Origin: Polyangiaceae bacterium
Lineage (GTDB): Bacteria > Myxococcota_A > Polyangia > Polyangiales > Polyangiaceae
Length of the DNA: 64,000 bases
Assembly: GCA_035063585.1 (NCBI GenBank)
Contig: JAPSGB010000002.1
Location: 96,001 to 160,000 of the forward strand
Direction: 5' to 3'
In this document: in pieces, positions 34,632 through 45,476 of the stretch
Layout of the letters: each line of letters opens with the position of its first letter
Numbering within the stretch: the first letter of the stretch is position 1
Notes under the pieces: generated by a model
What the model was told of the DNA's origin: nothing
What the model saw: the letters and a program-made list of their open reading frames with translations, nothing else
Database searches by the model: none
Position numbers and translations under genes: made by a program

Positions 34632-35007
34632 CCTGTACGTGGTGCTCGACGCCGCGAGTGTCCGTGCCGTGCGAGCGCTCGCGCGCCATCCGGAGCTGCG
34701 CGGGGACCACGTCACCTTGGCGTTTCAGGTAGACCCCGCCGATTTTACGCCGGCGTGGGTCCCGGGCGGAGGCTCGCCGGGAGACATCGTCGAGCTCCGC
34801 GCGATCGGGCACGCGGCCGATGCGCGCGTCCAGGCCCTGCTCATCGAGCAGGGAGGGCTTCGCACCAGACCATGGGACGGCGGAACCCTCCACGTCACGG
34901 TCAGCCGGCAGCCGTGGGCGCGCTCCCGCGACTCGAATGCGCTCCTGGCGAGCGGCACTCCGGAGCCGCTCGAGCTCGCGCTGTCGGGCGTCATCGCCTG
35001 GAGCTGA
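34624..35007 (+). CDS. 2H phosphoesterase-like protein
   Basis: Two HxT motifs (DHVTLAF, LHVTVS) about 60 aa apart plus a downstream SNALL; 8-nt overlap with the HD-HD gene. Confidence 0.75.
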   Translation: MANLYVVLDAASVRAVRALARHPELRGDHVTLAFQVDPADFTPAWVPGGGSPGDIVELRAIGHAADARVQALLIEQGGLRTRPWDGGTLHVTVSRQPWARSRDSNALLASGTPEPLELALSGVIAWS

Positions 35008-35040
35008 GCGCCGATACCCAGCGAGGCTCGGCGCGCTCGC

Positions 35041-35883
35041 TCAGAACACCCAATAGAGCTCGAGCTCCGGGATCACCATCTTGCCCGGCAGCACGAAGTT
35101 GAACGGCGCGACGTTCCAGTTGCCGTACCCGGCCCCGAGCTCCAGGTTGAACGAGTCGAACGAGAAGGCGACGCCGGCGACCGCGGACCACGCCCCCTTG
35201 AAATCGAGCGCCGAGCTCGTGGCGGCCGCGCTCACGTCGATGGTCGTGTAGTCGTCGGGACGTAGCACGACGCGGCCGTCGGCGCGTGCCAGCTGAAATA
35301 CCAGGTAGCGCGAGCGGAGGAGCAGCGCCGTGGTCCGGCTGATCCGATACTCGAGCGCCAGGGTAGCCTGGAAGTTGTCGACGGCGGCGCTGAGCGCTCC
35401 CTCGAACGCCTCCGTGTCGAGGCTCCCCTCGGCGCGTACGACCGTGTAGGGTAAGCTCACGCTGAGCGTGAAGTCTTCGCTCGAGCGAACCGAGAGGCTC
35501 GGCTCGAAGGTGCCCGCGGTGATGACGGCATCGCCCGGATGATCGTTCAGGAGCTTCAGCTCGGACACGTCGAGCCGATACGAGCCAACCTGCACCGCGG
35601 CCGTCCACGGCCCCTGGTGGAGGTAGCGCCACTTCACGTGCAGGTTCGGCATGCGAATGACCCACGGCGCCACGTAGGTTCCAACGGTGAGCGCGTCGAA
35701 CACGCCGTATTGAACCTTGAACGGCCCGAGCCGAAGGTCTCGCGCGTGAAGCGTGTAGGCCGTGCCGTCGGTGAGCTGCTCGCCGTCGTCGTGGTAGGCG
35801 CGTGCAGGCGCCGTGCTCGACACCGCCGCGAGGGCCACGGCCGCGGCTAGAACGAGGACGAGTCGCCGGTGTCCGCGGTGCAT
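35041..35883 (-). CDS. Secreted, probable outer-membrane beta-barrel protein
   Basis: Signal peptide (LVLVLAAAVALAAVSS..ARA), TAYTL, amphipathic strands, C-terminal ELYWVF. Confidence 0.7.
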   Translation of the reverse strand: MHRGHRRLVLVLAAAVALAAVSSTAPARAYHDDGEQLTDGTAYTLHARDLRLGPFKVQYGVFDALTVGTYVAPWVIRMPNLHVKWRYLHQGPWTAAVQVGSYRLDVSELKLLNDHPGDAVITAGTFEPSLSVRSSEDFTLSVSLPYTVVRAEGSLDTEAFEGALSAAVDNFQATLALEYRISRTTALLLRSRYLVFQLARADGRVVLRPDDYTTIDVSAAATSSALDFKGAWSAVAGVAFSFDSFNLELGAGYGNWNVAPFNFVLPGKMVIPELELYWVF

Positions 35884-36677
35884 CGCAAAGTCGCCAGCTC
35901 GCAATCGAACGTCCCGTTCTTCGCCGACACGCGGAGAGCGCCCGTGGAGCCCCGCGAGACGATCACCTTCCCTCCCGTGGATTCGACGGCGAAGCTCGGA
36001 GAGCGGCGCGCCGGATCCCACTGGAAATCGGCTCGCAGCGCCGCGCGAACGCCGTCGATCTCGACCGTCAGGTCCACGTCCATCACGATGACCTGCGTCA
36101 TGAAATTGGCGAACGTCGCCGACCGACCGATCCACAAGCGAACATCTCCGACGCGCCCGCTCCCGGAGGCGAGGAGCAGGCGCGACGCGCCACCCACCAG
36201 GTACTTGCAGCTCGATGCATCTCCCCAGATGACCGGGTCCAGACCCGCCTCGGAGAAGTTGACCCGCAAGGACAGCGCCCCGTTCGCCTGGTCCGGCCTC
36301 GGCTCCGCGCCCCACCCGGCGCAGATCCTCCGGAGCGAGAGCGTACCGTCGGCGTCGAGGTCCGGTCGAGGGCGAGCTCCGTCGGTTTCGCTCGGTGTCT
36401 GCGCCGCGCTCAGCGTCTCGTCGAGCGCGGCGCCGAGCGGAGCGAGGACGGCGGTGTCGAGGCCCGTCTTCTCGAGCTCGGCCGCGAGCCGCTCGAAGTC
36501 CGCCAGCATGGCCTCGGCCGTGGCGGGCTCGAAGCGGCCGCTCGGGCTCTGATAGACCGCGACGAGGTCGCTCATGTCGGGAGGCGTCGGCTTCTCGAGC
36601 CGCTCGCGCGGGTCGCCGCAGCCTACGGCATGCCCCATGGCGAGCACGCCGACCAGGTATCTCGAACCCTGCCTCAC
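35847..36677 (-). CDS. Hypothetical lipoprotein
   Basis: Lipobox AVGC; several further Cys; 3' end overlaps the next gene. Confidence 0.7.
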   Translation of the reverse strand: MRQGSRYLVGVLAMGHAVGCGDPRERLEKPTPPDMSDLVAVYQSPSGRFEPATAEAMLADFERLAAELEKTGLDTAVLAPLGAALDETLSAAQTPSETDGARPRPDLDADGTLSLRRICAGWGAEPRPDQANGALSLRVNFSEAGLDPVIWGDASSCKYLVGGASRLLLASGSGRVGDVRLWIGRSATFANFMTQVIVMDVDLTVEIDGVRAALRADFQWDPARRSPSFAVESTGGKVIVSRGSTGALRVSAKNGTFDCELATLRCTADTGDSSSF

Positions 36678-36750
36678 GCCCGCAGGGTAGATGGAATTCT
36701 GCTCGAACGCACGGCGCTCGAACGCGCGGCGCCGCTCGCCCGCCGGAGCC

Positions 36751-38541
36751 TCAGAGCTCGTAGCGCAGGCCGAGGTTCGGCGCGAGGAGAACGACCGTGT
36801 TGCCCGTGAGCTGCTCCTCGGTCATGAGATCCATCTTTCCAAGCGCGCCGGGATCTATCGGGATGCCGCGCCCCTTCGTCTTCGGCTGTGAGATCGCGAA
36901 GAGGACGAGCGCCTGGACCCCGATCCCGAGCTCCAAGCGCTCGGCGAGCTTGAGGCCGACTCGCACCTCGGGCGCCGCGTAGAGATACTTCGGGCTGGTG
37001 GTGCCGCTCGAGGTGAAGCTGTAACGATGCGCGGGGATGAGCCGGGGAGGGGTCACCTTCTCGTTATAGCGGTCTTCGATCTGCGCGGTGCCCGTCCGCT
37101 GGTAGCGAGCGGTACCCAGCATCGCGCCGACTCCGAGCCGGAAGGTCAACGGAAACCGCTCGCCGCGATGAAGCTGCGCCGAGGCTCCCAAGAGGACTCC
37201 GCTCAGCTTCAGGGTGTCGTCGGCGGTCGACCTGACGGGCGCGAACCCCTGGGGCTGAAGCATGAGGTCGCGTCCAGTGATCGTCTTTCCCAGCATCAGA
37301 TAACCGGCGTCCACGGAGAACCCGAGCCCGGAGCCAAACTGATATCCGGCGTGACCGATCGCCGCGAACCCGATCCCGGGCGACTTCGCGCAGCTACCCG
37401 AGCAGCGCGTCACGATGTCGCCTCCCAGCAAGGGCGCAAAGATCCCGGCCCCATCCAGCTCGAAGATGAAGCGCGCCGGATTCTTGGCGCGCCAGAGCGC
37501 CGAGTCCGGATCGCGCTCGAGCGGTAGGGCGAGGACCTGGCGCTTGTCGCGAGTGAGCACCACCTGCTTCGATGAGGGCAGGAACCCCTCCTCGGCGACC
37601 TCGATCTTGTGCGCGCCGGCACGGAGCTTCCCTTCCCAGACGCCGCGCCCCACGACGACGCCGTCGATGGCGACGTTCGCGCTCGCCGGGGCCGGCTCGA
37701 CCCGGAGCACTGCGTCGAGCGCCTCGACCGCGAGCATCAGAGGCGTCACTTGGTTCAGCCGGACCGGTGCGGACGCCGGCTGAGTCCCGATGTTCCCTTC
37801 CCCCCGCAGAAACACCACGTGATCGCCGACCGGCAGCGTCCCGGCCCACGGCGTCTTCCCGACGACCTCGCCGTCGACCACGACGTCGACGATCTTGCCG
37901 GACTCCTCGGTGACCTTCAGCCGGCCCCCCTGCGTCAGCGCACGCATCGTCACCGCGACCGCAGTCGACTGACCGCCGACCACCTCCGCTTGAACCTCGA
38001 AGGGGAGGAAACCCTCCTTGGTGACACGAACGAAGTGAGTGCCGGCAGGCACTCGGACCGGCGCGCTCGGCAGCGTGCCGCGCACGCGGCCATCCACGAC
38101 CACGCTCGCGCCGGCCTCGCCACCGGTGAGCCCGAGCGTCCCTACCAGCGAGGAGAGCGCCTTGATTTCGCGCTCGGCGAGCGCGCGGTCATCGGCCGGA
38201 AGGTCCGGAAAGGACTTGAGCAGCGTCTCGAACATGTCGAGCGCCTCATCGAAGCGATGGAGCTTCCGCAAGCAGAGCGCGGCGTTCTTGGTCGCCGCGC
38301 GCGTCGGATAGAGCTCGCGCGATCGCTGAAATTCCACGAGCGCAGCGTCCCAGGCCTCCTCTTCGAAGAGCGAGATCGCCTTCTCGAAGTGCGCGCGTGC
38401 CTGGGCCTTCGTATCGGTCTCGGTCGCCGGCGGCGCGGACGGGGCGGGCGGGGCGGGCGGAGCGTCAGCGGGTTGCGCCAGCGCGACGCCCGAGGCGAGC
38501 GACACCAGCAAGGAGCCCACGGCGATGAGTAGACGATTCAT
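36751..38541 (-). CDS. TPR + PEGA-domain secreted protein with C-terminal beta-rich (barrel-like) region
   Basis: Signal peptide; ARAHFEKAISLFEEEAWDAALVEF TPR; three PEGA-like repeats (VVVDG..G..P..G.H.V); C-terminal LGLRYEL. Confidence 0.85.
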   Translation of the reverse strand: MNRLLIAVGSLLVSLASGVALAQPADAPPAPPAPSAPPATETDTKAQARAHFEKAISLFEEEAWDAALVEFQRSRELYPTRAATKNAALCLRKLHRFDEALDMFETLLKSFPDLPADDRALAEREIKALSSLVGTLGLTGGEAGASVVVDGRVRGTLPSAPVRVPAGTHFVRVTKEGFLPFEVQAEVVGGQSTAVAVTMRALTQGGRLKVTEESGKIVDVVVDGEVVGKTPWAGTLPVGDHVVFLRGEGNIGTQPASAPVRLNQVTPLMLAVEALDAVLRVEPAPASANVAIDGVVVGRGVWEGKLRAGAHKIEVAEEGFLPSSKQVVLTRDKRQVLALPLERDPDSALWRAKNPARFIFELDGAGIFAPLLGGDIVTRCSGSCAKSPGIGFAAIGHAGYQFGSGLGFSVDAGYLMLGKTITGRDLMLQPQGFAPVRSTADDTLKLSGVLLGASAQLHRGERFPLTFRLGVGAMLGTARYQRTGTAQIEDRYNEKVTPPRLIPAHRYSFTSSGTTSPKYLYAAPEVRVGLKLAERLELGIGVQALVLFAISQPKTKGRGIPIDPGALGKMDLMTEEQLTGNTVVLLAPNLGLRYEL

Positions 38542-38585
38542 GGATCCTCGACCACGCGGCAATCTGGCAGTCCCAGCGGGAGAGC

Positions 38586-40160
38586 CTACGCGAACTTCGT
38601 GTCGAGCTGGGTGGGCGGCTTCGGCTTGGCCGTGGGGGCCGCAGCGGGCTTGCCTCCGGTCGGAGCCGGGCCGGCCGGACCGGCGCTGGCGGCCGGCTTC
38701 ACGGGCTTCGGAACCGCGACTCCCACCGTGATCTTCGCGGGGATTGCCCCGGCCTCGGTGACCACGACCTCCCCCTCCGTGGTTCGCCCGTTCAGCGAGA
38801 CCTCGACGCGATGCACGCTGCCGAGCGTCCCGGTGACCTCGGCGGTGCCGTCGGTGACCTTGGCGTCTGCGCCATCGATCGTCACGGTCGCGCTCGGCGG
38901 CGAGATGGTGAGCTTCACGGTCTTGAGCACGGGGGCCGCGGCCGACGGCGGCGCGACGGGCGTGGGCGTGGGCGTCGGGGTCGGCGCGGGGAGCGCAGCG
39001 ACGGGCGGAGGAGGCGGAGGCTCGGGCTTCGGGCGGAGCGCGAAGAACGCCACCCCGGCCGCGACCCCGACGGCCCCCATCCCGAGCAGGATCGGAGCCG
39101 CGCGAGAGGGCTTCGGGTTCAGGGTGTTCGCGAGCCCATGGGTCGTGCCGCCGTGGCTCGTCGTCGCGGAGACCCCGGTCGTCTTCAAGTGCGCGCCGCC
39201 GACCGAGAGCGCGAGCCGCGGCGCGACGTACGCGCGGTACGCCGGGCTGAGCGGCGCGAACATGCTCTCGTCGAGCTCGTGACCGTTCGGCAGGAGCGGC
39301 CTTATCGCGTCGAACATCGCCTGCGAGGTCTGGAAGCGCTCGTTTACGTCTAGCGTGAGCGCGCCGTGCACGATCGCCGCGATCTCCGGGGGAACCCACG
39401 GAGCCCGATCCTGAATGGACGGCGGAGGCTCCGAGCAGATCGCGAGGATGAGCTGGCCCAGGGTGTCGAGGTGCCCGTGAGGCGTCGTCGCGCTCAGACA
39501 CTCATAGAGCACCGCGCCGAGCGACCAGATATCGGTGCGGTGGTCGATGGATTTCAGGCCCTTCGCCTGCTCCGGTGACATGTAGAGCGGCGAGCCGAGC
39601 ATGCTGCCCGTGCGGGTCAGGCCTTGGTTCTGCTCGGCGAGCGCCTGATCCATCTTGACCTTGGCGATCCCGAAGTCGAGGAGCTTGACGATGATCTTCC
39701 CCTCGTCACGGCGCGCGAGGTAGAGGTTCGCGGGCTTGATGTCGCGGTGCACGACGCCCGCATCGTGTGCCTTCTGCAGGCCGATGCAGGCCTGCGCGAC
39801 GACCCGCAGCGCGAGCTCGGGAGACATCGGGCCGAGGCGCTGAACCTGCTGCTGGATGTCCTCGCCCGACAGGAACTCCATCACCATGAAGGGCAGACCG
39901 GTCGACTGGTCCATCCCGGTGTCGAGCACTTGGACGATGTGCTGCGTGTCGATCGAGCCTGCCGCCTTCGCTTCACGCTGGAAGCGGCCCACCACCTCGT
40001 AATTTTTCGCGAGGTCGTCGCTGACTATGACCTTGACCGCGACGCGGCGGCCGGTCCCGGTGTGAACGGCCTCATACACCGCGCCCATGCCGCCTTCGCC
40101 AAGCAAGCGGATGACCTGATACCGGCCGTCTATCGTCTGCCCGATCACGAGAGCGGCCAT
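38586..40160 (-). CDS. Hanks-type Ser/Thr protein kinase with TM helix and C-terminal PEGA-like domain
   Basis: GEGGMG, VAVK, HRDIKPAN, DFG, YMSPE; TM ILLGMGAVGVAAGVAFFAL; start could be 40181/40187. Confidence 0.95.
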   Translation of the reverse strand: MAALVIGQTIDGRYQVIRLLGEGGMGAVYEAVHTGTGRRVAVKVIVSDDLAKNYEVVGRFQREAKAAGSIDTQHIVQVLDTGMDQSTGLPFMVMEFLSGEDIQQQVQRLGPMSPELALRVVAQACIGLQKAHDAGVVHRDIKPANLYLARRDEGKIIVKLLDFGIAKVKMDQALAEQNQGLTRTGSMLGSPLYMSPEQAKGLKSIDHRTDIWSLGAVLYECLSATTPHGHLDTLGQLILAICSEPPPSIQDRAPWVPPEIAAIVHGALTLDVNERFQTSQAMFDAIRPLLPNGHELDESMFAPLSPAYRAYVAPRLALSVGGAHLKTTGVSATTSHGGTTHGLANTLNPKPSRAAPILLGMGAVGVAAGVAFFALRPKPEPPPPPPVAALPAPTPTPTPTPVAPPSAAAPVLKTVKLTISPPSATVTIDGADAKVTDGTAEVTGTLGSVHRVEVSLNGRTTEGEVVVTEAGAIPAKITVGVAVPKPVKPAASAGPAGPAPTGGKPAAAPTAKPKPPTQLDTKFA

Positions 40161-40296
40161 GCTAGGCGGGCGCTCTCCCATGGGCAAGCCTCGGGCGATT
40201 TGCCGATGCTTCAGCGACCCTTCGAGTCTCGGGACCCGCGCCGGCGGCCCGCGCCGCCGGCCGCGCCGCCCCGACAGGCCCGCCTCGGTACCACGC

Positions 40297-40971
40297 TCAG
40301 CGAGGATTTCGAGTCTCGACGATCGAGCTCTGACCGCGGCGGTGACGCGCCCGGCGCCGGCGAACGATCGTGCTCGTCGCGACCAGGATCACCGAGAGCA
40401 CGGTCAGCACCAAGAGGTTTGCCTGGACGAAGTCGCGTAGTAGCTCGATGGGATCGGCGAACGCGTGCCCGAACACGCGGATCAAGGTCAGCGCGGTGGT
40501 GGTGCCGGCGAGGTTCGTCACCAGGAAGGTGCGCACGCGCATGCGGGAGGCTCCGGCGAGCACGCACACCACGCCGCCCGGGATGAGAAAGAGCACCGCC
40601 GGCCCCGCGCGGGCGAAGAGCCGCTCGATGCCGCGGGTCATGCGGCCGGCGAACCCGGAGCGCCGCTCGATCCACTCGACCGCGCTCTCACCGTACTCGC
40701 GCCCGATCAAGAAGTAGAAAGGGTCCGCCGCGAACAGGCGGAGCGCCGCCACCGCGAAGAAGGGCAAGGTCTCGAGTCGATTCGAGACGAGGACCAGGTG
40801 CGGATAAGCCGGGTTCAACGCGATCAACCCGAGCGGCGAGTGCACGAGCAGCACGGGCACGAAGGCCGCCCCGACGAAGGTCGCCATCGCGAAGCCGACG
40901 ACGGGCGCGAGCAGCGCCACGAGCTTGCGTCGCCCGGAAGGCGGTCGCGCGGGGAGCGGCGGCCCGTTCAC
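40297..40971 (-). CDS. DedA/VTT-domain-like membrane protein
   Basis: ADPFYFLIGREYG, LFARAG, LAGASRMRVRTFLVTNLAG pattern; multiple TMs. Confidence 0.7.
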   Translation of the reverse strand: MNGPPLPARPPSGRRKLVALLAPVVGFAMATFVGAAFVPVLLVHSPLGLIALNPAYPHLVLVSNRLETLPFFAVAALRLFAADPFYFLIGREYGESAVEWIERRSGFAGRMTRGIERLFARAGPAVLFLIPGGVVCVLAGASRMRVRTFLVTNLAGTTTALTLIRVFGHAFADPIELLRDFVQANLLVLTVLSVILVATSTIVRRRRARHRRGQSSIVETRNPR

Positions 40972-41025
40972 GGGCTCACAGGATGTAGTCGAGGAGGGGC
41001 TCTGTCGAGCCGAGGGCGAGCGCCG

Positions 41026-41754
41026 TCACTTCGTATAGGCGGCGAGCGACGGATCCTTCGCGAGGTATTCGGGCGAGAAGACGTCTACATGGGTGCCGTC
41101 CGGGCGAGCGCTGATGAGCGCCTGCATGCCCTGGAGCCGTCCGCCGGTGATCTCGCAATACGACCTGCCCACCGGCGTGCCGAGCACCCGGTTCGGACCG
41201 AGCGCGTCGCAGGTGACCGGCGCGGGGGCGACGGTCGAGAAGCGGACCGCGGCGCGCTGCTCGTCGCGATAGCGCGCGGTCAGCGTGAAGCTCGACGCCG
41301 CGCGCGTACGGGTGCACCAGCGCCGAGGCTTCTCGCCAGCAGGCGCCGGCGTCGCGCTCTTCTCCTCGGGGTCGCAGCTCACCGTGTTGCCTGCCGTGTC
41401 GAGCGAGCCCTTGTGATCGGCCGCCCACCCGACGAAGAGCCCGATGAGCTGATTGGACTGGGTCTTGGTCGCGTCGGCGGCGGCCTTCGCCTTCTGGAGC
41501 TCTCCCTCCTTGGCGACGATCTCCTGGTCGAGCGCCGAGAGCTGGCTGCCGTCGTCACACTGCTTGTAGGCGTACTCGCGCCACGTGCGCGCCGACGCGA
41601 CGTCTCCCGACTGGAGCGCCTGGCGGATCGTCGCGGTCGCTTGCTCGCACTTGGCGGCGTCACCCTTCTTACACCCCGCCGCCGTGAGGAGAGCCAGGCC
41701 GCCGAGCACGGCGACGAGAGAGCGAGCAGCACGCGGCCTTCTACGAGGACTCAT
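41026..41754 (-). CDS. Hypothetical Cys-rich lipoprotein
   Basis: Lipobox AAGC-KKG; helical N-domain; ATG at 41754. Confidence 0.75.
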   Translation of the reverse strand: MSPRRRPRAARSLVAVLGGLALLTAAGCKKGDAAKCEQATATIRQALQSGDVASARTWREYAYKQCDDGSQLSALDQEIVAKEGELQKAKAAADATKTQSNQLIGLFVGWAADHKGSLDTAGNTVSCDPEEKSATPAPAGEKPRRWCTRTRAASSFTLTARYRDEQRAAVRFSTVAPAPVTCDALGPNRVLGTPVGRSYCEITGGRLQGMQALISARPDGTHVDVFSPEYLAKDPSLAAYTK

Positions 41755-41964
41755 GGGGACTCGCTTAGATCCGGTAGGGTGGGCTGGCAACTGGGCGACC
41801 CCGGAGCGCCCTGTTTTCGCGCTCGGAGCACGCTCCAGGCGGGCTCGCCTCGGGGGCTGTCGGCCCGGCGCGGAACCACGCTGGGCGAAGGCGCGCACCG
41901 AGCCGGGGCGCGCGCCAGGGCGCGGCTGGCATCGGAAGAACGCGGCGGCTAGAGTCCGCCGCCC

Positions 41965-43547
<1,583 letters not shown>

Positions 43548-43551
<4 letters not shown>

Positions 43552-43589
43552 CAAACCTGTAACATTTCGTATTTGCTAGATATTTACAG
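43548..43589. promoter_or_regulatory. AT-rich palindromic site upstream of the RRM gene
   Basis: CTAGCAAA-N16-TTTGCTAG overlapping CTGTAA..TTACAG; strong AT island in a GC-rich background. Confidence 0.45.
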
Positions 43590-43823
43590 ATTCTCCCCGT
43601 GGAGCGGCGAGCTCGGAGCGCGCCCGCGCTCCTCGACGGCCGGCCGCGGTGTGATACCGTCGGCGGGCCTGCCATAGGACTCCGCCCGGCCGGAACGTTC
43701 CGCTCGAGTGTGGTCCAGTGTGCTGCCGGCCTCAATCCTGAGAACGGCATCTGTGAGACGTCGGCGCCTGACGTTCGCTCGAGGGTGGCGAGAACGGCGC
43801 TTCGTATCCGAAGGCAGAGTGAG

Positions 43824-44300
<477 letters not shown>

Positions 44301-44309
44301 CCCGTCAGT

Positions 44310-44365
44310 GACGCGTCCCGGCGGGCCTCGTTCCTCGTGAGGAGGAGCGGGGCCCGCGACGCGTC
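44310..44365. terminator. Long GC hairpin between convergent genes (possible bidirectional terminator)
   Basis: GACGCGTC..GCGGGCCTCGTTCCTC / GAGGAGCGGGGCCCGC-GACGCGTC stem with 2 G-U pairs; no U-tract. Confidence 0.55.
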
Positions 44366-44410
44366 GGGCGACAGCGCGAACCCATGGGCGCTGCCGCTGC
44401 GCGAGCCGGG

Positions 44411-45028
44411 TCACCTCCCGAGCTGGCGCGTCGAGTCGTGGCTGAGGACGGCCACGGCGCTCTGCATGGCCGCGAGCCCGAAAGAGATCTTCTTGAAGAA
44501 CGAAGGATCGTGCGGCACGAAGGTGAAGCGCGGATGTCGCGCCCAGAGCCTGCGGAGCCGGTGGTCCAGATCCACGGCCTCCTGAGCGGTCTCGACGCGC
44601 ACCGGGTTGCCGCCTTCGATCTTCAGTCCGCTGCAAGCGGCGCTCTCGAAGAAGATGACCGCGTCGTAACGCTCGAGCTCTCGTTCGAGTGTGGTACCGA
44701 GCTCGAGGAAGAAGTCGTCCGCCGACCCAGGCCAATACGCAGCGCCGTCGACCGTGCCTCGATCGCAGAGCAGCACACGCTCGGGATACCGCTCCGCCTG
44801 GACATCCTCGAGGTTTCGCTGGACGTGGAAGATGGCCGTCTGCGCGGCCTTCCTCGCTTCAGGCTCCGCCGAGCGAGGGAATCCCCCGGAGAACAGGATG
44901 GTCGCAGCCTCCGGGACGACCACGACCTCTTCGCCGATCTCGCGACGGAACAGGTCCGCAGCGGTCGTCTTCCCGCCTCCCGGACCGCCCGTCAGCACGA
45001 TGCGGCAACGACGCGAGCTCGCCTTCAT
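44411..45028 (-). CDS. P-loop ATPase (AAA_28 / NadR-type nucleoside-kinase-like)
   Basis: RIVLTGGPGGGKTT, VPEAAT, LCDRGTVDGAAY, RYDAVIF. Confidence 0.88.
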   Translation of the reverse strand: MKASSRRCRIVLTGGPGGGKTTAADLFRREIGEEVVVVPEAATILFSGGFPRSAEPEARKAAQTAIFHVQRNLEDVQAERYPERVLLCDRGTVDGAAYWPGSADDFFLELGTTLERELERYDAVIFFESAACSGLKIEGGNPVRVETAQEAVDLDHRLRRLWARHPRFTFVPHDPSFFKKISFGLAAMQSAVAVLSHDSTRQLGR

Positions 45029-45476
45029 CGAGCCAGAATCAGGAAGCAAGCGCGCCTCCGCCGGAGCGCGTGAAGAGCCGACTCAGCGAGCCATGTGCGC
45101 CCCGCGGCATCGCGAGCGCGAAGCGCGCTACCTCCCCGGCGCGAGCTTCGCCGCGCGAGCGTCCGAGCGGCTCGAGCTCGGCGGACGACTGGAACAGCCG
45201 CGCGGGCTGGTCGCCGCGTCGGCAGAGGGAGCTCGGCGCAAGGGGAGTCGAGGCAGTCATGACGAGACCAACGACAGCGAAGGGCGACCGGCTCTCCGCC
45301 TGGGGAGGCCTCGTACCGCGCACCCTCGCCGGTAGCCGGCACTGTGGAATTTGCATGTTGGTCTCACGGGTTACGCGGGTGAAGGCAAGTGAGCGAGCGA
45401 CTCGCTCGAGTATACTGCGACTCCCGCTCGGGCGAGCTACCGGCCGGGCGTGCCGCGCAGTATGCTCGAGCGAGCC

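Noticed and set aside
45030..45476. Long divergent intergenic region as a riboswitch or ncRNA
   Set aside because: Only short hairpins and a palindromic AGTATACT (-10-like on both strands) visible; no recognisable RNA family by eye
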